Shown piece after piece: positions 17,315-27,274 of a stretch of 64,000 nt of DNA. Source of the DNA: an uncultured delta proteobacterium (GTDB lineage Bacteria; Myxococcota; B64-G9); assembly GCA_963754925.1 (NCBI GenBank), contig CAVWHX010000001.1, forward strand, positions 96,001 to 160,000. The letters are read 5' to 3'. Under the pieces are notes generated by a model, which saw only the letters and a list, made by a program, of their open reading frames with translations, was not told the origin of the DNA and made no database searches. How positions within the stretch are numbered: position 1 is the first letter of the stretch; each line of letters begins with the position of its first letter. Made by a program: the position numbers and the translations under genes.

Positions 17315-18738
17315 ATGTACAGCACCGCGAAGCGACTCGGCGAAGAAAATATAAACAAGCTGTTGTTTAGATTCTCATTACCCGCAATTATCGGGGCGTT
17401 GGTTAATTCGTTTTATGCCTTGATTGACCGCGTATTCGTTGGACAGTTTGTCGGAAAAGAAGCCTTCGCCGGCGTGGGTATTACGTTCCCCATCGCGCTT
17501 GTTTTGATGGCTTTCGGCATGCTTATCGGCATCGGAACGACTGCTCGGGTATCCATTAACCTCGGTAAGCAGAAAAAAAATGAGGCCGAACAGATACTCG
17601 GCAACGCCTTTAGTCTCCAGTTGATTTTCTCGTTTGTGTTGACCTCCGTCTGCCTTTTCTTTTTAGACGACCTCCTGTATCTCTTCGGCGCGAGTGCAGA
17701 GATTTTGCCGTATGCCAAACAGTTTATCAGCATCATTCTTCTGGCCGCGGTTTTCCAATTTGTGGGATTCGGGCTTAACGGCGTCATAGCCGCTGAAGGC
17801 AATCCGCGTCTTTCCATGCTTACCATGATATTAAACGCCGGTATCAACATAGCGCTCTTAATTCTGTTTATAAAAGTGCTCAAATGGGGGGTTGCCGGTT
17901 CCGCTTTGGCTACGCTTATTGCGCAGGGAGTATCCGCACTATGGGTAGTGAGTTTTTTGCGCAGCAAAAAAAGTATGTTGAAGCTGCGCCTAAAAAACAT
18001 GGCGTTAAAAAAGAAATTATCGTGGGGATATTTTCCATCGGCATGTCGCCGTTTGCCATGCAGATTGCGGGCGGTCTGGTTATGGCGGTACTGAACAGAA
18101 GACTTGTGCAATACGGAGGCGATGCGGCAATAGGGGCAATGAACGCCATGTTCGGCACCACCATATTTATGGTAATGCCTCTCATCGGCATAAGTCAGGG
18201 CGCGCAGCCGATTATCGGATACAATTACGGAGCGCGGTTATACCAACGGGTAAAAAAAACATACACGGCAGCGATAGTTGTTGCGACGATTCATGCCGTT
18301 ACGGTATTTGTTCTGATGCAATCAATCCCGCATTTTTTTATTCAGATGTTCACCAGTGACCCTGAGATTGTGGCCATAGGAACCCACGGCATAAGAATCT
18401 ATACGTTGATGTTGCCGGTAATAGGATTCCAGATTGTTAGCTCACATTTCTTTTTGGCTATAGGCAAAGCCGTAAAATCCTTGCTGATGAATATGCTTCG
18501 TCAGGTTATTATTCTTATTCCCATGCTTATTATATTACCGCCGTTTTTTAATCTGGACGGCATTTGGGTGTCGGTACCTATTTCAGACCTCACCGCGGCG
18601 ATCCTCACCGCAATCTTTGTGATAATCGAAATAAGAAGACTGGACGAAGCTCACGCGATTTGTTTGCAACAGGAACTACCAGACCTTGCCTGCGCCGAAA
18701 ATCTTCCGGAAGCGGAAGCCTCTGAATTTGTACCGTAG
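17315..18738 (+). pseudogene. MATE (MepA-like) efflux transporter, split by a -1 frameshift in an A run (probably intact in vivo)
   Basis: 'LGEENINKLLFRFSLPAI..', 'GAQPIIGYNYGA'; one extra A in A6 at 18007-18012 restores 'ALKKEIIVGIFSIG'. Confidence 0.85.
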
Positions 18739-18741
18739 CTG

Positions 18742-18919
18742 GTAGGGGCGCTGCTTGCTGCGCCCTGATTAGGCACCGATGAGGGCAGGGCAAGCCCTGC
18801 CCCTACTGGATTCCCGCCTACGCGGGAATGACTAATATGGCGTTTTCGTCATCCCCGCGAAAGCGGGGATCCAGAATGCGCCGGCGCTGTAATAAGGGCA
18901 GGGCAAGCCCTGCCCCTAC
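18742..18919. repeat. composite REP cluster with a second palindrome family
   Basis: GTAGGGGCGCTGCTTGCTGCGCCC and two GGGCAGGGCAAGCCCTGCCCCTAC, plus the inverted pair GGATTCCCGCCTACGCGGGAATGAC / GTCATCCCCGCGAAAGCGGGGATCC (about 18808-18872). Confidence 0.85.
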
Positions 18920-19039
18920 AAGAATGATCCGAATGGGTAGCGGGATTGATGAAATTTATGTTTGCATCGAGGTTGGGGTGGCAGGTTAGAATACGTCATT
19001 GTGGTGATGCCGGTCGGCTAGAACACGTGGAGGCATGTT

Positions 19040-19948
19040 ATGCTGGTGCTGCGTACGCCCGATGAACGGTTTCGAGACCTGCCCGGATTCTCCTACGCTC
19101 CGCACTACCTTGATGTGCCGGATGGAGAAGGCGGCAGCCTGAGGGTCCACTACCTCGATGAAGGCCCCCGTAACGGCGCGCCCGTGCTCCTCATGCACGG
19201 GGAGCCCTCGTGGTCCTACCTCTACCGGAAGATGATCCCGGTCATCGCCGCCGCCGGATACCGGGCGCTGGCGCCCGACCTGGTGGGATTCGGTCGTTCG
19301 GATAAGCCTGCCCGGCGGACGGACTACACCTACCAGCGCCACGTGGACTGGATGCAATCGTTCGTCGATCGGGCCGGCCTCTCCGGCATCACGCTGGTGT
19401 GCCAGGATTGGGGCGGCCTGATCGGGCTGCGCCTGGTGGCGAACACGCCCGGGCGGTTCAGCCGGGTGGTGACCGCCAACACGGGGCTACCCACGGGAGA
19501 CCAGGCCATGCCCGAGGCCTTTTTCGCGTGGCGTTCGTTCTCACAGGAAAGCCCGGTGTTCTCAGTGGGCGCCATCGTGCAGGCCGGATGCGCAAAGCCC
19601 TTGGAGCCCGGGGTGGCCGCGGCCTATGACGCCCCCTTCCCGGACGAGACCTACAAGGAGGGGGCCCGTATTTTTCCGTCCCTGGTCCCCGCGGCGCCGG
19701 ACGACCCTGCCGCGCCCGCCAACCGCACGGCGTGGGAGGCGCTCAAGGCATTTGACCAGCCCTTCCTCACCGCTTTCAGTGATGGCGACCCCATCACCAA
19801 GGGAGGGGAAAGGGTCTTCCAGAAATTGGTCAAGGGGGCCCAGGGACAGCCGCACACCGTGATCAAGGGCGGGGGTCACTTCCTGCAGGAGGACTGCGGT
19901 GAGGAATTCGGACGGGTAGTGGTGAATTTCATGGGTACAGCGCGCTGA
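19040..19948 (+). CDS. haloalkane dehalogenase
   Basis: 'LRTPDERF', 'HGEPSWSYLYRKMIP', nucleophile motif 'QDWGG', 'GHFLQED'. Confidence 0.92.
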   Translation: MLVLRTPDERFRDLPGFSYAPHYLDVPDGEGGSLRVHYLDEGPRNGAPVLLMHGEPSWSYLYRKMIPVIAAAGYRALAPDLVGFGRSDKPARRTDYTYQRHVDWMQSFVDRAGLSGITLVCQDWGGLIGLRLVANTPGRFSRVVTANTGLPTGDQAMPEAFFAWRSFSQESPVFSVGAIVQAGCAKPLEPGVAAAYDAPFPDETYKEGARIFPSLVPAAPDDPAAPANRTAWEALKAFDQPFLTAFSDGDPITKGGERVFQKLVKGAQGQPHTVIKGGGHFLQEDCGEEFGRVVVNFMGTAR

Positions 19949-19958
19949 TAGGCGTCGA

Positions 19959-20031
19959 TAGGGCAGGGCAAGCCCTGCCCCTACCGCGACGATTCGAATA
20001 TTTTTCACCATGATTCGCGAACCGCCCCTAC
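19959..20031. repeat. REP pair between convergent genes
   Basis: GGGCAGGGCAAGCCCTGCCCCTAC ... TTCGCGAACCGCCCCTAC. Confidence 0.8.
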
Positions 20032-21192
20032 CTAGTTGTCGTCCACTTCAATAATTCCATCAATATGGTCGGCGGGATTTATGAAAGTTCCGTCTGGAAG
20101 GATGTTGGGGTGGCAGTCGGAACATTGGGTGCTTTCCGTGTGGTTGGCATTCGGCGGAATCGCATGGCAGGAGCCACAGGGCGTCCCCGTCGGCGTCAAG
20201 GCGTTCCATTGGGGCGAGCGATTGGTGCCGGTGCCGGAGAGGGTCGAACCGTGACAGTAGACATTGCTGCACTGGAGGGTGTTGGTGTCAAAGGAGGGAC
20301 TGGCGCCGTCGGTGATTGCCAACGCTCCCCAGGTCAATTGCGCGGGTAATCGCGCGCCGTTGTTATATCGTGGATGATCGTTCAGATTTGTCGGCACGAT
20401 GTGGCAGTCGGTGCAGACGATTTGCTTGCGCCAGGTTGACGCACCCAAATGGATTTGGTGAGCGCCGACGCCGGGAGCGGTCGTCTGGGTATTGCCCGAA
20501 AGATCCACCGGCGGCGCTTCATTGTTGACGCTACCGTGACAGGCGGTGCACGCAACGCCCGAGGCTTCGACGTGTCCGTCGATATGGGCATCCGTCGCCA
20601 GATTGATGGTGCCGTCGGGGAGCACCGTGTCGGGGTGACACGCGTTGCAATTCGTTGTTTGACTGCTGTGCGGCGACGACGAAGGCGGATACCCATGGCA
20701 CATGTCGCAGGCAGGTTCTTGGGTCTTGGGCTGGTTCCACATGGGTTCGGGAATTTTCCCGTCGGTTACGGGCGACACATGGCAGTAGACGTTGGAACAT
20801 TTGTTGCTGGCGCCATCCCACGCCGGCGTATGGCCGTCTGCCGAAGCCAGAGGTCCAAAAGTAACCGGAGCGGGAGGATTCCCCAGGTGGTTGGGGTCAG
20901 TGACATCGGTCGGCACGATATGGCATTCGCTGCACGCTACCCCTTGTTTTCGCAGCAGTCCGGCTCTCACGTGCGGCTGATGCAACCCGACGCCGGGGTA
21001 GGTCGGGTCCACGACGCCGTTTATCCCCTTTGGCGGAGCGGCGTTATCCGCATTGCCATGGCAGACATTGCACTGGTTTTCCGCAACCAGACCGTCGGTG
21101 AGCGGGTTGGTTTGGCAGCCGAGCCCGCCCGCCACCGTCAACATCCAGGCCCCGAGAAAAACCCAATACCGTCGTTGTTGCAGGTTACTCAT
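20032..21192 (-). CDS. multiheme c-type cytochrome lipoprotein with CxxxxCH motifs (8 CxxCH + 2 CX4CH)
   Basis: lipobox-like 'GGLGC'; two internal repeats, each with 'CSNVYCH' followed by P.W and CxxCH; start reset to ATG 21192. Confidence 0.88.
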   Translation of the reverse strand: MSNLQQRRYWVFLGAWMLTVAGGLGCQTNPLTDGLVAENQCNVCHGNADNAAPPKGINGVVDPTYPGVGLHQPHVRAGLLRKQGVACSECHIVPTDVTDPNHLGNPPAPVTFGPLASADGHTPAWDGASNKCSNVYCHVSPVTDGKIPEPMWNQPKTQEPACDMCHGYPPSSSPHSSQTTNCNACHPDTVLPDGTINLATDAHIDGHVEASGVACTACHGSVNNEAPPVDLSGNTQTTAPGVGAHQIHLGASTWRKQIVCTDCHIVPTNLNDHPRYNNGARLPAQLTWGALAITDGASPSFDTNTLQCSNVYCHGSTLSGTGTNRSPQWNALTPTGTPCGSCHAIPPNANHTESTQCSDCHPNILPDGTFINPADHIDGIIEVDDN

Positions 21193-21194
21193 GG

Positions 21195-22040
21195 TTATTT
21201 TCCAGCGTGACATTCCGCGCAAAAAGACGGTTTGTGACACACGCCGCATTGTTGGTTCGGTATGCTTGCGGCCGCCAGACCGTGCAGCGTTTTCCAATTT
21301 CCGCGGTGATTCAAAGGCGGCGTGGTTTGATGACAAAAGACGCAGCTACCCGTCTCGTGACAGGTTTTACAGGTATTCCGATCGAAATCAGCCGCCAACC
21401 CGTGGGTTCGAACGCGCCACATGCCGGTATGATTTTTGGGTTTGGTGTTTCTGTGGCAATCCGAACACGCCGACTTGGTATGACAGAGCGTACAGGCTTT
21501 GCCGTGCTCGGCCTCTCCGGTAAAGTCCGCCACGGTTCCGTGCAAGCGCAGCCAGTCGTTCCGGTGGTTTTTAGGCTTGATGTTCTTCTGATCGCCGCCA
21601 TGGCACCGTTTGCAATTGTGTTCGGGCACGGCGACCTTTTTTTCGGCATGGCACGACTCGCAGCGCGGCCGCGGCACCATGACTTCGTCTGCCGTTTGTT
21701 TCTCGGTGGCGGTCTTTTCATGGCAGGCCAGGCAATCAATTTTGTTGATATGATACGAATGAGGAAAGACGATAGTTTCTTTTTTGGCCTTGACCGGAAG
21801 TCGCCAGGGTGGAGGAGCTTCCGAATGGCACTCTTCACAACCTTTGGTGTTGAGCACCGGGGCGGCGCCCGACAGGTCGTGACACATTGAGCATTCATCC
21901 GCCCCTTGTTCTTTATGAAAGACGTGAGAAAAGACCTTTGTATCGTGCGTATCTTGGGCGTAGGCCCCGGTCCCGGCCATCAACCACGAGCTCACGATGG
22001 CCGCGACCAGCATAATCGGATGTCGAATAACGCCACGCAT
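21195..22040 (-). CDS. periplasmic multiheme c-type cytochrome (11 CxxCH)
   Basis: 11 CxxCH motifs counted; signal peptide ending 'AYA'; repeated 'P.NH...W...HG' units. Confidence 0.9.
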   Translation of the reverse strand: MRGVIRHPIMLVAAIVSSWLMAGTGAYAQDTHDTKVFSHVFHKEQGADECSMCHDLSGAAPVLNTKGCEECHSEAPPPWRLPVKAKKETIVFPHSYHINKIDCLACHEKTATEKQTADEVMVPRPRCESCHAEKKVAVPEHNCKRCHGGDQKNIKPKNHRNDWLRLHGTVADFTGEAEHGKACTLCHTKSACSDCHRNTKPKNHTGMWRVRTHGLAADFDRNTCKTCHETGSCVFCHQTTPPLNHRGNWKTLHGLAAASIPNQQCGVCHKPSFCAECHAGK

Positions 22041-22047
22041 GGCTGCC

Positions 22048-23532
22048 TCAAACCCTCTGCCGTAGCGACAGAATGACGGTATGGAGATCGCGGTCGAAAC
22101 GCTCAAACTCATACTGCACTTTCACACCCAACCATTTAAGGATCGCATAGGAGAAAGAAAGGTAATAGGTCCTGACATCCGCGATCTCTTGGGGATTCTG
22201 GAAATAGTCGTACTTGTATCGCTGATAATAGGTTCCGAGCTCGCCCTTGAGACGTTCCCGCTCGTAGCCGAGCGATCCAAACACCGACAGGATCCAGTCC
22301 CCGCCAACCATGCGATAGTCACCCTCCCCGCCGACCTGCACATACAATCCGCGCAGCAACAGATCTTTTTCATCTACCATAACGTACGCCCTTCCGGTAT
22401 TCCGGTTGAAGGGCCCTTCTTCGCCCCGCAGCAGCTGGCGTCCGTTCAAACCAACCTCAAACCCGAACGTCCAAGTCTTTTGGTCGAAGTTTTTCCAGAA
22501 ATCCAGCTTGTATCGAAAATTGGGCAGGCTATCCCCCAGCAAGGAGTAGAAGGGATCTTCAGCCTCATTGATCTCGCGCAGGGTGATAGGTTGCGCCTCG
22601 AATCCCAGGTTCACGCCCATGCTGCCTTCTTCCGAAATCCATTGTCCCGATAGGCCGGCATTGGAAAGCTGATCATTGATGCCGCGAAGCTGCGCTTTGG
22701 CGCGTATAGCCGCATCCAATACTTGAATCCACGAGGTCAATCCATAGGAGTGGTCTATGATTTTGCTTCTATCAACTGCAGCGTAGGTGAGGACATCTTC
22801 CTTCAAGAATCGATAGTCGAGCTCCAAACGGAGAAAAGAAAACGGTTTGTAGCCGACGCCGGCCGAGGCCAGCCAATTTTCAAATTGGGTTGACTGCGGA
22901 TCAAAGAAATGCGCGGTCCTTCCGCCGAACACAAATACGGTGATGGGGTTTTTAGGGATCGCAAACAGAGCCGAAGCGCCGTCGAAGTTAAGCGGCGGCC
23001 CGTGTTCCGACGTCTGTCGCCCCGCTCGCAACAATCGAATCCAGGTTCCGGGCGTGTACTCCGCGTACAGGGTAAATACGTCCCACCACGGGTTGCGATA
23101 GTCGTACATCGAGGAAAGCACCGTTGGCTGGTCGATGGAATCGGACCTGCTGAGGGTCACCCACAACCCCAACGACAGCTCAACACCGAACGTTTCATCG
23201 GGATTGCGGACGTCGCCGTCGAACGACAGCCTAAAAAGATGATCGCTTTCACTGCCTACCGGAGAAGCATCCAACAACGGATCCCCGGAATCTTTGAGGG
23301 GCCTCGAAGACGCCCGAAAGCGGTATTGCTCGAGCGCAGAAAAATTTATTTGCCAAGGAGGCGATGGAACGGATGCCTCCGCGCTACTCTTCGTCGTCGC
23401 TTCGGGAGCCGTCGCAGACACTGCTGAGCCTTGAGGGTCAACCGTCGTCTCCTCGGCCCGGAGATTCGCGCCAAGAGTCAACGATAGCGAGACGCCGACC
23501 ACCAGCATGGTCAGGTACCAGTTTTTCAACAT
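22048..23532 (-). CDS. putative outer-membrane beta-barrel (porin of a porin-cytochrome complex)
   Basis: signal peptide, alternating amphipathic strands rich in aromatics, located between cytochrome genes. Confidence 0.65.
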   Translation of the reverse strand: MLKNWYLTMLVVGVSLSLTLGANLRAEETTVDPQGSAVSATAPEATTKSSAEASVPSPPWQINFSALEQYRFRASSRPLKDSGDPLLDASPVGSESDHLFRLSFDGDVRNPDETFGVELSLGLWVTLSRSDSIDQPTVLSSMYDYRNPWWDVFTLYAEYTPGTWIRLLRAGRQTSEHGPPLNFDGASALFAIPKNPITVFVFGGRTAHFFDPQSTQFENWLASAGVGYKPFSFLRLELDYRFLKEDVLTYAAVDRSKIIDHSYGLTSWIQVLDAAIRAKAQLRGINDQLSNAGLSGQWISEEGSMGVNLGFEAQPITLREINEAEDPFYSLLGDSLPNFRYKLDFWKNFDQKTWTFGFEVGLNGRQLLRGEEGPFNRNTGRAYVMVDEKDLLLRGLYVQVGGEGDYRMVGGDWILSVFGSLGYERERLKGELGTYYQRYKYDYFQNPQEIADVRTYYLSFSYAILKWLGVKVQYEFERFDRDLHTVILSLRQRV

Positions 23533-23543
23533 TCCCCCCGAAG

Positions 23544-24002
23544 TTATTTCTTATGGCAGGTAGTACAGGTGTCGATCTTCTTCGTCCCTTCTTTACTGAT
23601 CTCTTTATGGCACTTCAGACAGGTTTTGTGATAGAGCGCATCGGCGAAGATGAAATCACCCTTATCATTTTTCTTGCCGAGCAGCGGGGCTTGCTTACCC
23701 TCGAACTCTTTTTGCGGCGTGCCTTCCGTAACATGGCACGCGGGGCAGCCTTTCACCGACTTCGTATCGGCCGGTACGTCCTCTTTCAACGTGTGGTGGC
23801 AGTCTTTGCAAACGATCGCTTTGCCGCCGGTTTTCTTGTAGGTATCGACGTGCTTGGCGTGCTCAAAGGTGACGGGTCCCTTTTTGCCGGGGAGATGGTT
23901 AATGACGATGACTTTTTTGTTCTCCGGCACCCCAGCCAAAACCGCGGTAATGACCGCAAACGTAAGCCCGATTACGATGGTGACGAGCCATGTCTTTTTC
24001 AT
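23544..24002 (-). CDS. tetraheme class III cytochrome c3-like periplasmic shuttle
   Basis: 'PVTFEHAKH', CKDCHH, CPACH, 'H.TCLKCH', CTTCH; Lys-rich. Confidence 0.9.
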   Translation of the reverse strand: MKKTWLVTIVIGLTFAVITAVLAGVPENKKVIVINHLPGKKGPVTFEHAKHVDTYKKTGGKAIVCKDCHHTLKEDVPADTKSVKGCPACHVTEGTPQKEFEGKQAPLLGKKNDKGDFIFADALYHKTCLKCHKEISKEGTKKIDTCTTCHKK

Positions 24003-24180
24003 GAGTCCTCTCCCGTAGGTTAGATTTTAGGACATCCTATGTCGGTTTATTTTCTCGGTCAAGAGCAATCGTTACGACACGAAAAATTTTTTCTTAGCCC
24101 CTTTGCCGCGCTTCAGGGTCGGCGGGGCCTGTATAAAAACGCCGCCGCAGGAGAAGTTCACCCTGCCTGAGGGTCTCTCG

Positions 24181-25347
24181 TCACGTGCGGCGCGCGGGGG
24201 AGGGCGTCTTCGAGATCGCGTCGGGGAAGAGGGGGACGATGCGATGGAAGATATAAAGGATGATGAAGGGTAGGGTGAAAATGACCGCGGCCGATACCAG
24301 GCCCTCCTTCTCCCAAACGCCGGGTAAGTAGCTCGTGAAGCCGCGCCGGGACTTGGAAAGAAGCTGGCCGCCCACGACCACGTTCCAGCGCATGAGCAAA
24401 ACTTGTCCGAGGAGCATGGTGGCCGCCAGCCAGGTGAGCAGGTTGGCGGTGCGATCCTTGAGCCTAAACAGCGCGGTGATCCCCAAGAGCAAAAACGGAA
24501 CCAGGGAAAAGACCATGAACTGCAGCACGACGTAGGAGATAAACAGCTTTTGTTCGATGAGGGCGCCCAAAACCTCCCACTCTTCGGTCTGCTGGTAGGC
24601 GATCGACAGGATCTCCAAGAGCTCCAGGGCCACGGCCACCATCATGAAACCCCAGAGGTATTTTCCCAGGGAACGGACGCAGGGCTGATCGACCTTCCAG
24701 CCGTTGATGAACGACACGACGAAGTAGTGGAAGATCAGCACCGAAATGCCGGAAACGATCGCCGAGAAGATGAAGATCACGAACATGAGCGGCGTCGACC
24801 ACCAGGGATTGGCCTTGAGCGAGCCGAACAGGAACCCAACGTAGCCGTGCAGCAGGCAGGCGAGCGGCACGCCCAGCCCGGCCAGGAACCGGGCGATGGT
24901 GCGGTCGCCGCGCCGGGAGGCGTCGTCCTCGTTGAGGTTGAAGAACAGGATGATGCGGCAGATGAGCGCCGCTAGACCCTTTCCCCGGGCGCGGCGGATG
25001 AAGTCGCTGCGCATCACGAACCAAATCTCGAGGACCACCAGGATAAGATAGGTGGTATAAATGTAACCGAAGCCGGCCATCGCCGAGGTGAAGTTCGGCG
25101 TGATCATGATGTTGAAAGCCCGCTCCGGATGTCCGAGGTGCACGAGGAGCGGCAGCGCCGCAAACAACAGAAACACGAAGGCCGAGGCGAGCGAGAAACG
25201 GGCCACCGGCTTGAGCTCGTTTCGGCCGAAGACGTGGTAGAGCGAAGAGACGATGAAAGCGCCGGCGACCAGCCCGGTAATGTATGGGTAGAGCACGATC
25301 ATCACCGTCCAGGTGACGTGCAGCTCGTTGGGGAACACGTAATCCAT
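24181..25347 (-). CDS. nrfD: NrfD/PsrC-family integral membrane quinol-interacting subunit
   Basis: 'W.VMIVLYPYITGLVAGAFI', 'HLGHPERA', 'HGYVGFLFG', 'MRWNVVVGGQ'; real start is ATG 25347. Confidence 0.88.
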   Translation of the reverse strand: MDYVFPNELHVTWTVMIVLYPYITGLVAGAFIVSSLYHVFGRNELKPVARFSLASAFVFLLFAALPLLVHLGHPERAFNIMITPNFTSAMAGFGYIYTTYLILVVLEIWFVMRSDFIRRARGKGLAALICRIILFFNLNEDDASRRGDRTIARFLAGLGVPLACLLHGYVGFLFGSLKANPWWSTPLMFVIFIFSAIVSGISVLIFHYFVVSFINGWKVDQPCVRSLGKYLWGFMMVAVALELLEILSIAYQQTEEWEVLGALIEQKLFISYVVLQFMVFSLVPFLLLGITALFRLKDRTANLLTWLAATMLLGQVLLMRWNVVVGGQLLSKSRRGFTSYLPGVWEKEGLVSAAVIFTLPFIILYIFHRIVPLFPDAISKTPSPARRT

Positions 25348-26102
25348 CACACCACCTCCAGGTCGAGACCGATGTAGTAGCACTTCGGGTGGGTGCCCAT
25401 CTCCGGCTTCAACAGCCGGTAGCGACGCTGTCTCAAGATCGTCGAGAGCTCGCCCTGCGGGTCCTTGAGGTCGCCGAACATGCGTGCGCCGGTGGGGCAG
25501 GCGGCCACACAGGCGGGTAGGAGGTCGCGGGTGAGGCGGTGATAGCAGAACGTGCACTTGTCGGCGACGTGCAGCTGCGGGTGGATGTAACGGCTGCCGT
25601 AGGGGCAGGCCTGGACGCAGTAGCCGCAGCCGATACAATGCTTCCGATCGACCAGGACCACGCCGTCTTTGGTGGCGTAGGCCGCGCCCACCGGGCAGAC
25701 TTGGTTGCACACCGATTTCTCGCAGTGGTTGCAGAGCTTCGGGACAAAGTAGGCCTTGGCGGCATCGGAGGGGATCTCTTTGAAGACATGGTCGTCGGCG
25801 GCGGCAACGTCGACGTGGACCGAGCCTTCGGCGTTCAGACGGTAGCGCTCGACCCAGGTGCGGAAGTAGCCCGCGGGAACGGCGTTCTCGTCGCGGCAGG
25901 CGCGCATGCAGGCGCAGCAGCCGATGCACTTGGTGGTGTCGACGGCGTACGCCCAGTAGTGCTTGGTCCAGTCGTAGTCGTCGGCGGGCTTGGTTCCGGG
26001 CTGAAGCCTACGTCCACAGCTCATCAGCACTAGGCCGGAGCCCGCGCCGACCCCGATCATCTTGAAAAACTCGCGGCGGTTGATACGACGGTCAGCGCTC
26101 AT
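25347..26102 (-). CDS. NrfC/DmsB-type 4Fe-4S dicluster protein with Tat signal
   Basis: 'NRREFFK' Tat motif; CIGCCAC..AC, CNHC...C...CP, CIGCGYCVQACP, CTFC...C...CP. Confidence 0.92.
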   Translation of the reverse strand: MSADRRINRREFFKMIGVGAGSGLVLMSCGRRLQPGTKPADDYDWTKHYWAYAVDTTKCIGCCACMRACRDENAVPAGYFRTWVERYRLNAEGSVHVDVAAADDHVFKEIPSDAAKAYFVPKLCNHCEKSVCNQVCPVGAAYATKDGVVLVDRKHCIGCGYCVQACPYGSRYIHPQLHVADKCTFCYHRLTRDLLPACVAACPTGARMFGDLKDPQGELSTILRQRRYRLLKPEMGTHPKCYYIGLDLEVV

Positions 26103-27207
26103 GGGCGCCTCCCTTCAACGTCACGTGAATGCGATTCTGGTGGCAGTCGATGCAGCGCGCGTTGCTGTTCTCGTCGAGTCCGACATCTTTCAGGTGTCCC
26201 GGCCAGGAGATGCTCGCCGCGGCGGTCGCCGCGCGGAAGTCGGCTGTGCGGTGGCACAAGAGGCAGAAGCGGGGGTCGGCGTCGCGGATGATGCGTCCGG
26301 CAAACTCGGATTCCTTGAAGAAAACGTGGCAGGTCGTGCAGCGCACGTTTTTGTGGCTACGCTGCGCGGCGTCGACGACGATTTCCTTATGGCAGTAGTC
26401 GCACGCGAAGATCGCGGGATGTCCCTCGGGTCGCTTCAGGGTTTCGTCGGTTCGACCGATGTGACAGTCACGGCAGCGATGAATCAGGGGATGCAGGCGG
26501 GCGGTCCTGAGATCGCGATCCATGTACAGGGGCTCGTGCGGGTTGTGGCACTGGATGCACTGCACGCCCTCGTCCTTCACGCCCACGAACCGGTAGTGGT
26601 CCTGGAAGCGTATCTGCGGAAACGCACCCGGCCGGGCATCGAGCAGGCGATGGCAGACCAGGCAATCGTCCCGGCTGCGCGGCACGCGGATGTGCCCCTC
26701 GCCGGATGCGTCGGCGTGCTCGTCCCCGGGGCCGTGGCAGGTCTCGCAGGCGACCTTGGCGTGGGCGTCTTTGCTGTGGAGCAGCGCCTCGTCGTCGTGG
26801 CATTCGGCGCACTTCTCCTTGCCGATGTGGTGGACCGGCATCTCCCGCGCCTCGGCGGGCGCCGCCCCGCGGTAGTAGCCGAATTCGCCGAACGTGGCTG
26901 GCACCGCCAGCGCCCGGGCGATGAGCGCCGCTATGACTACCCCGCCTACCAGGAGGAAGATCGGCAGCGCATGGCGGTAGCTCGCCGGCGCGGAGGGCAC
27001 CTCCGCGGATTTCTCGCGCACGGTCAGGAGCAGGTTTACGCCGAGCGCCACGAAGACAACCGCTGCGGTCACCAGGACCGCGAGCAGGGCCATGCCCGCG
27101 GCCGGCCGGGCAGCGCCTGGGCCGCGCTGCATCGTCACCAGGACGGCGCCGACGACGGCAGCGCCAGCGAAGGCAAGGCAGAGAAATGCACGGAAGATTC
27201 GATTCAT
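26092..27207 (-). CDS. membrane-anchored multiheme cytochrome c (9 CxxCH)
   Basis: three N-terminal hydrophobic segments and nine CxxCH motifs. Confidence 0.88.
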   Translation of the reverse strand: MNRIFRAFLCLAFAGAAVVGAVLVTMQRGPGAARPAAGMALLAVLVTAAVVFVALGVNLLLTVREKSAEVPSAPASYRHALPIFLLVGGVVIAALIARALAVPATFGEFGYYRGAAPAEAREMPVHHIGKEKCAECHDDEALLHSKDAHAKVACETCHGPGDEHADASGEGHIRVPRSRDDCLVCHRLLDARPGAFPQIRFQDHYRFVGVKDEGVQCIQCHNPHEPLYMDRDLRTARLHPLIHRCRDCHIGRTDETLKRPEGHPAIFACDYCHKEIVVDAAQRSHKNVRCTTCHVFFKESEFAGRIIRDADPRFCLLCHRTADFRAATAAASISWPGHLKDVGLDENSNARCIDCHQNRIHVTLKGGAHER

Positions 27208-27274
27208 GTCACCGGTTGTCTTCCACGATGATCAACACCCATTAACTCTCTCGCTCTCTTGGTTTCCCCGATCG

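Noticed and set aside
14795..20031. CRISPR array near the Cas4-like gene
   Set aside because: The repeats are GTAG-REP palindromes with irregular spacing, mixed orientation and shared linkers; there are no unique equal-length spacers and no cas1/cas2.
25348..25929. Arg-rich N-terminal extension of the 582-aa NrfD ORF
   Set aside because: Alternative frame of the Fe-S gene; NrfD begins at ATG 25347, overlapping the upstream TGA.
26062..27231. 389-aa plus-strand ORF and similar long opposite-strand ORFs across the GC-rich genes
   Set aside because: Antisense shadows expected from high-GC codon bias.
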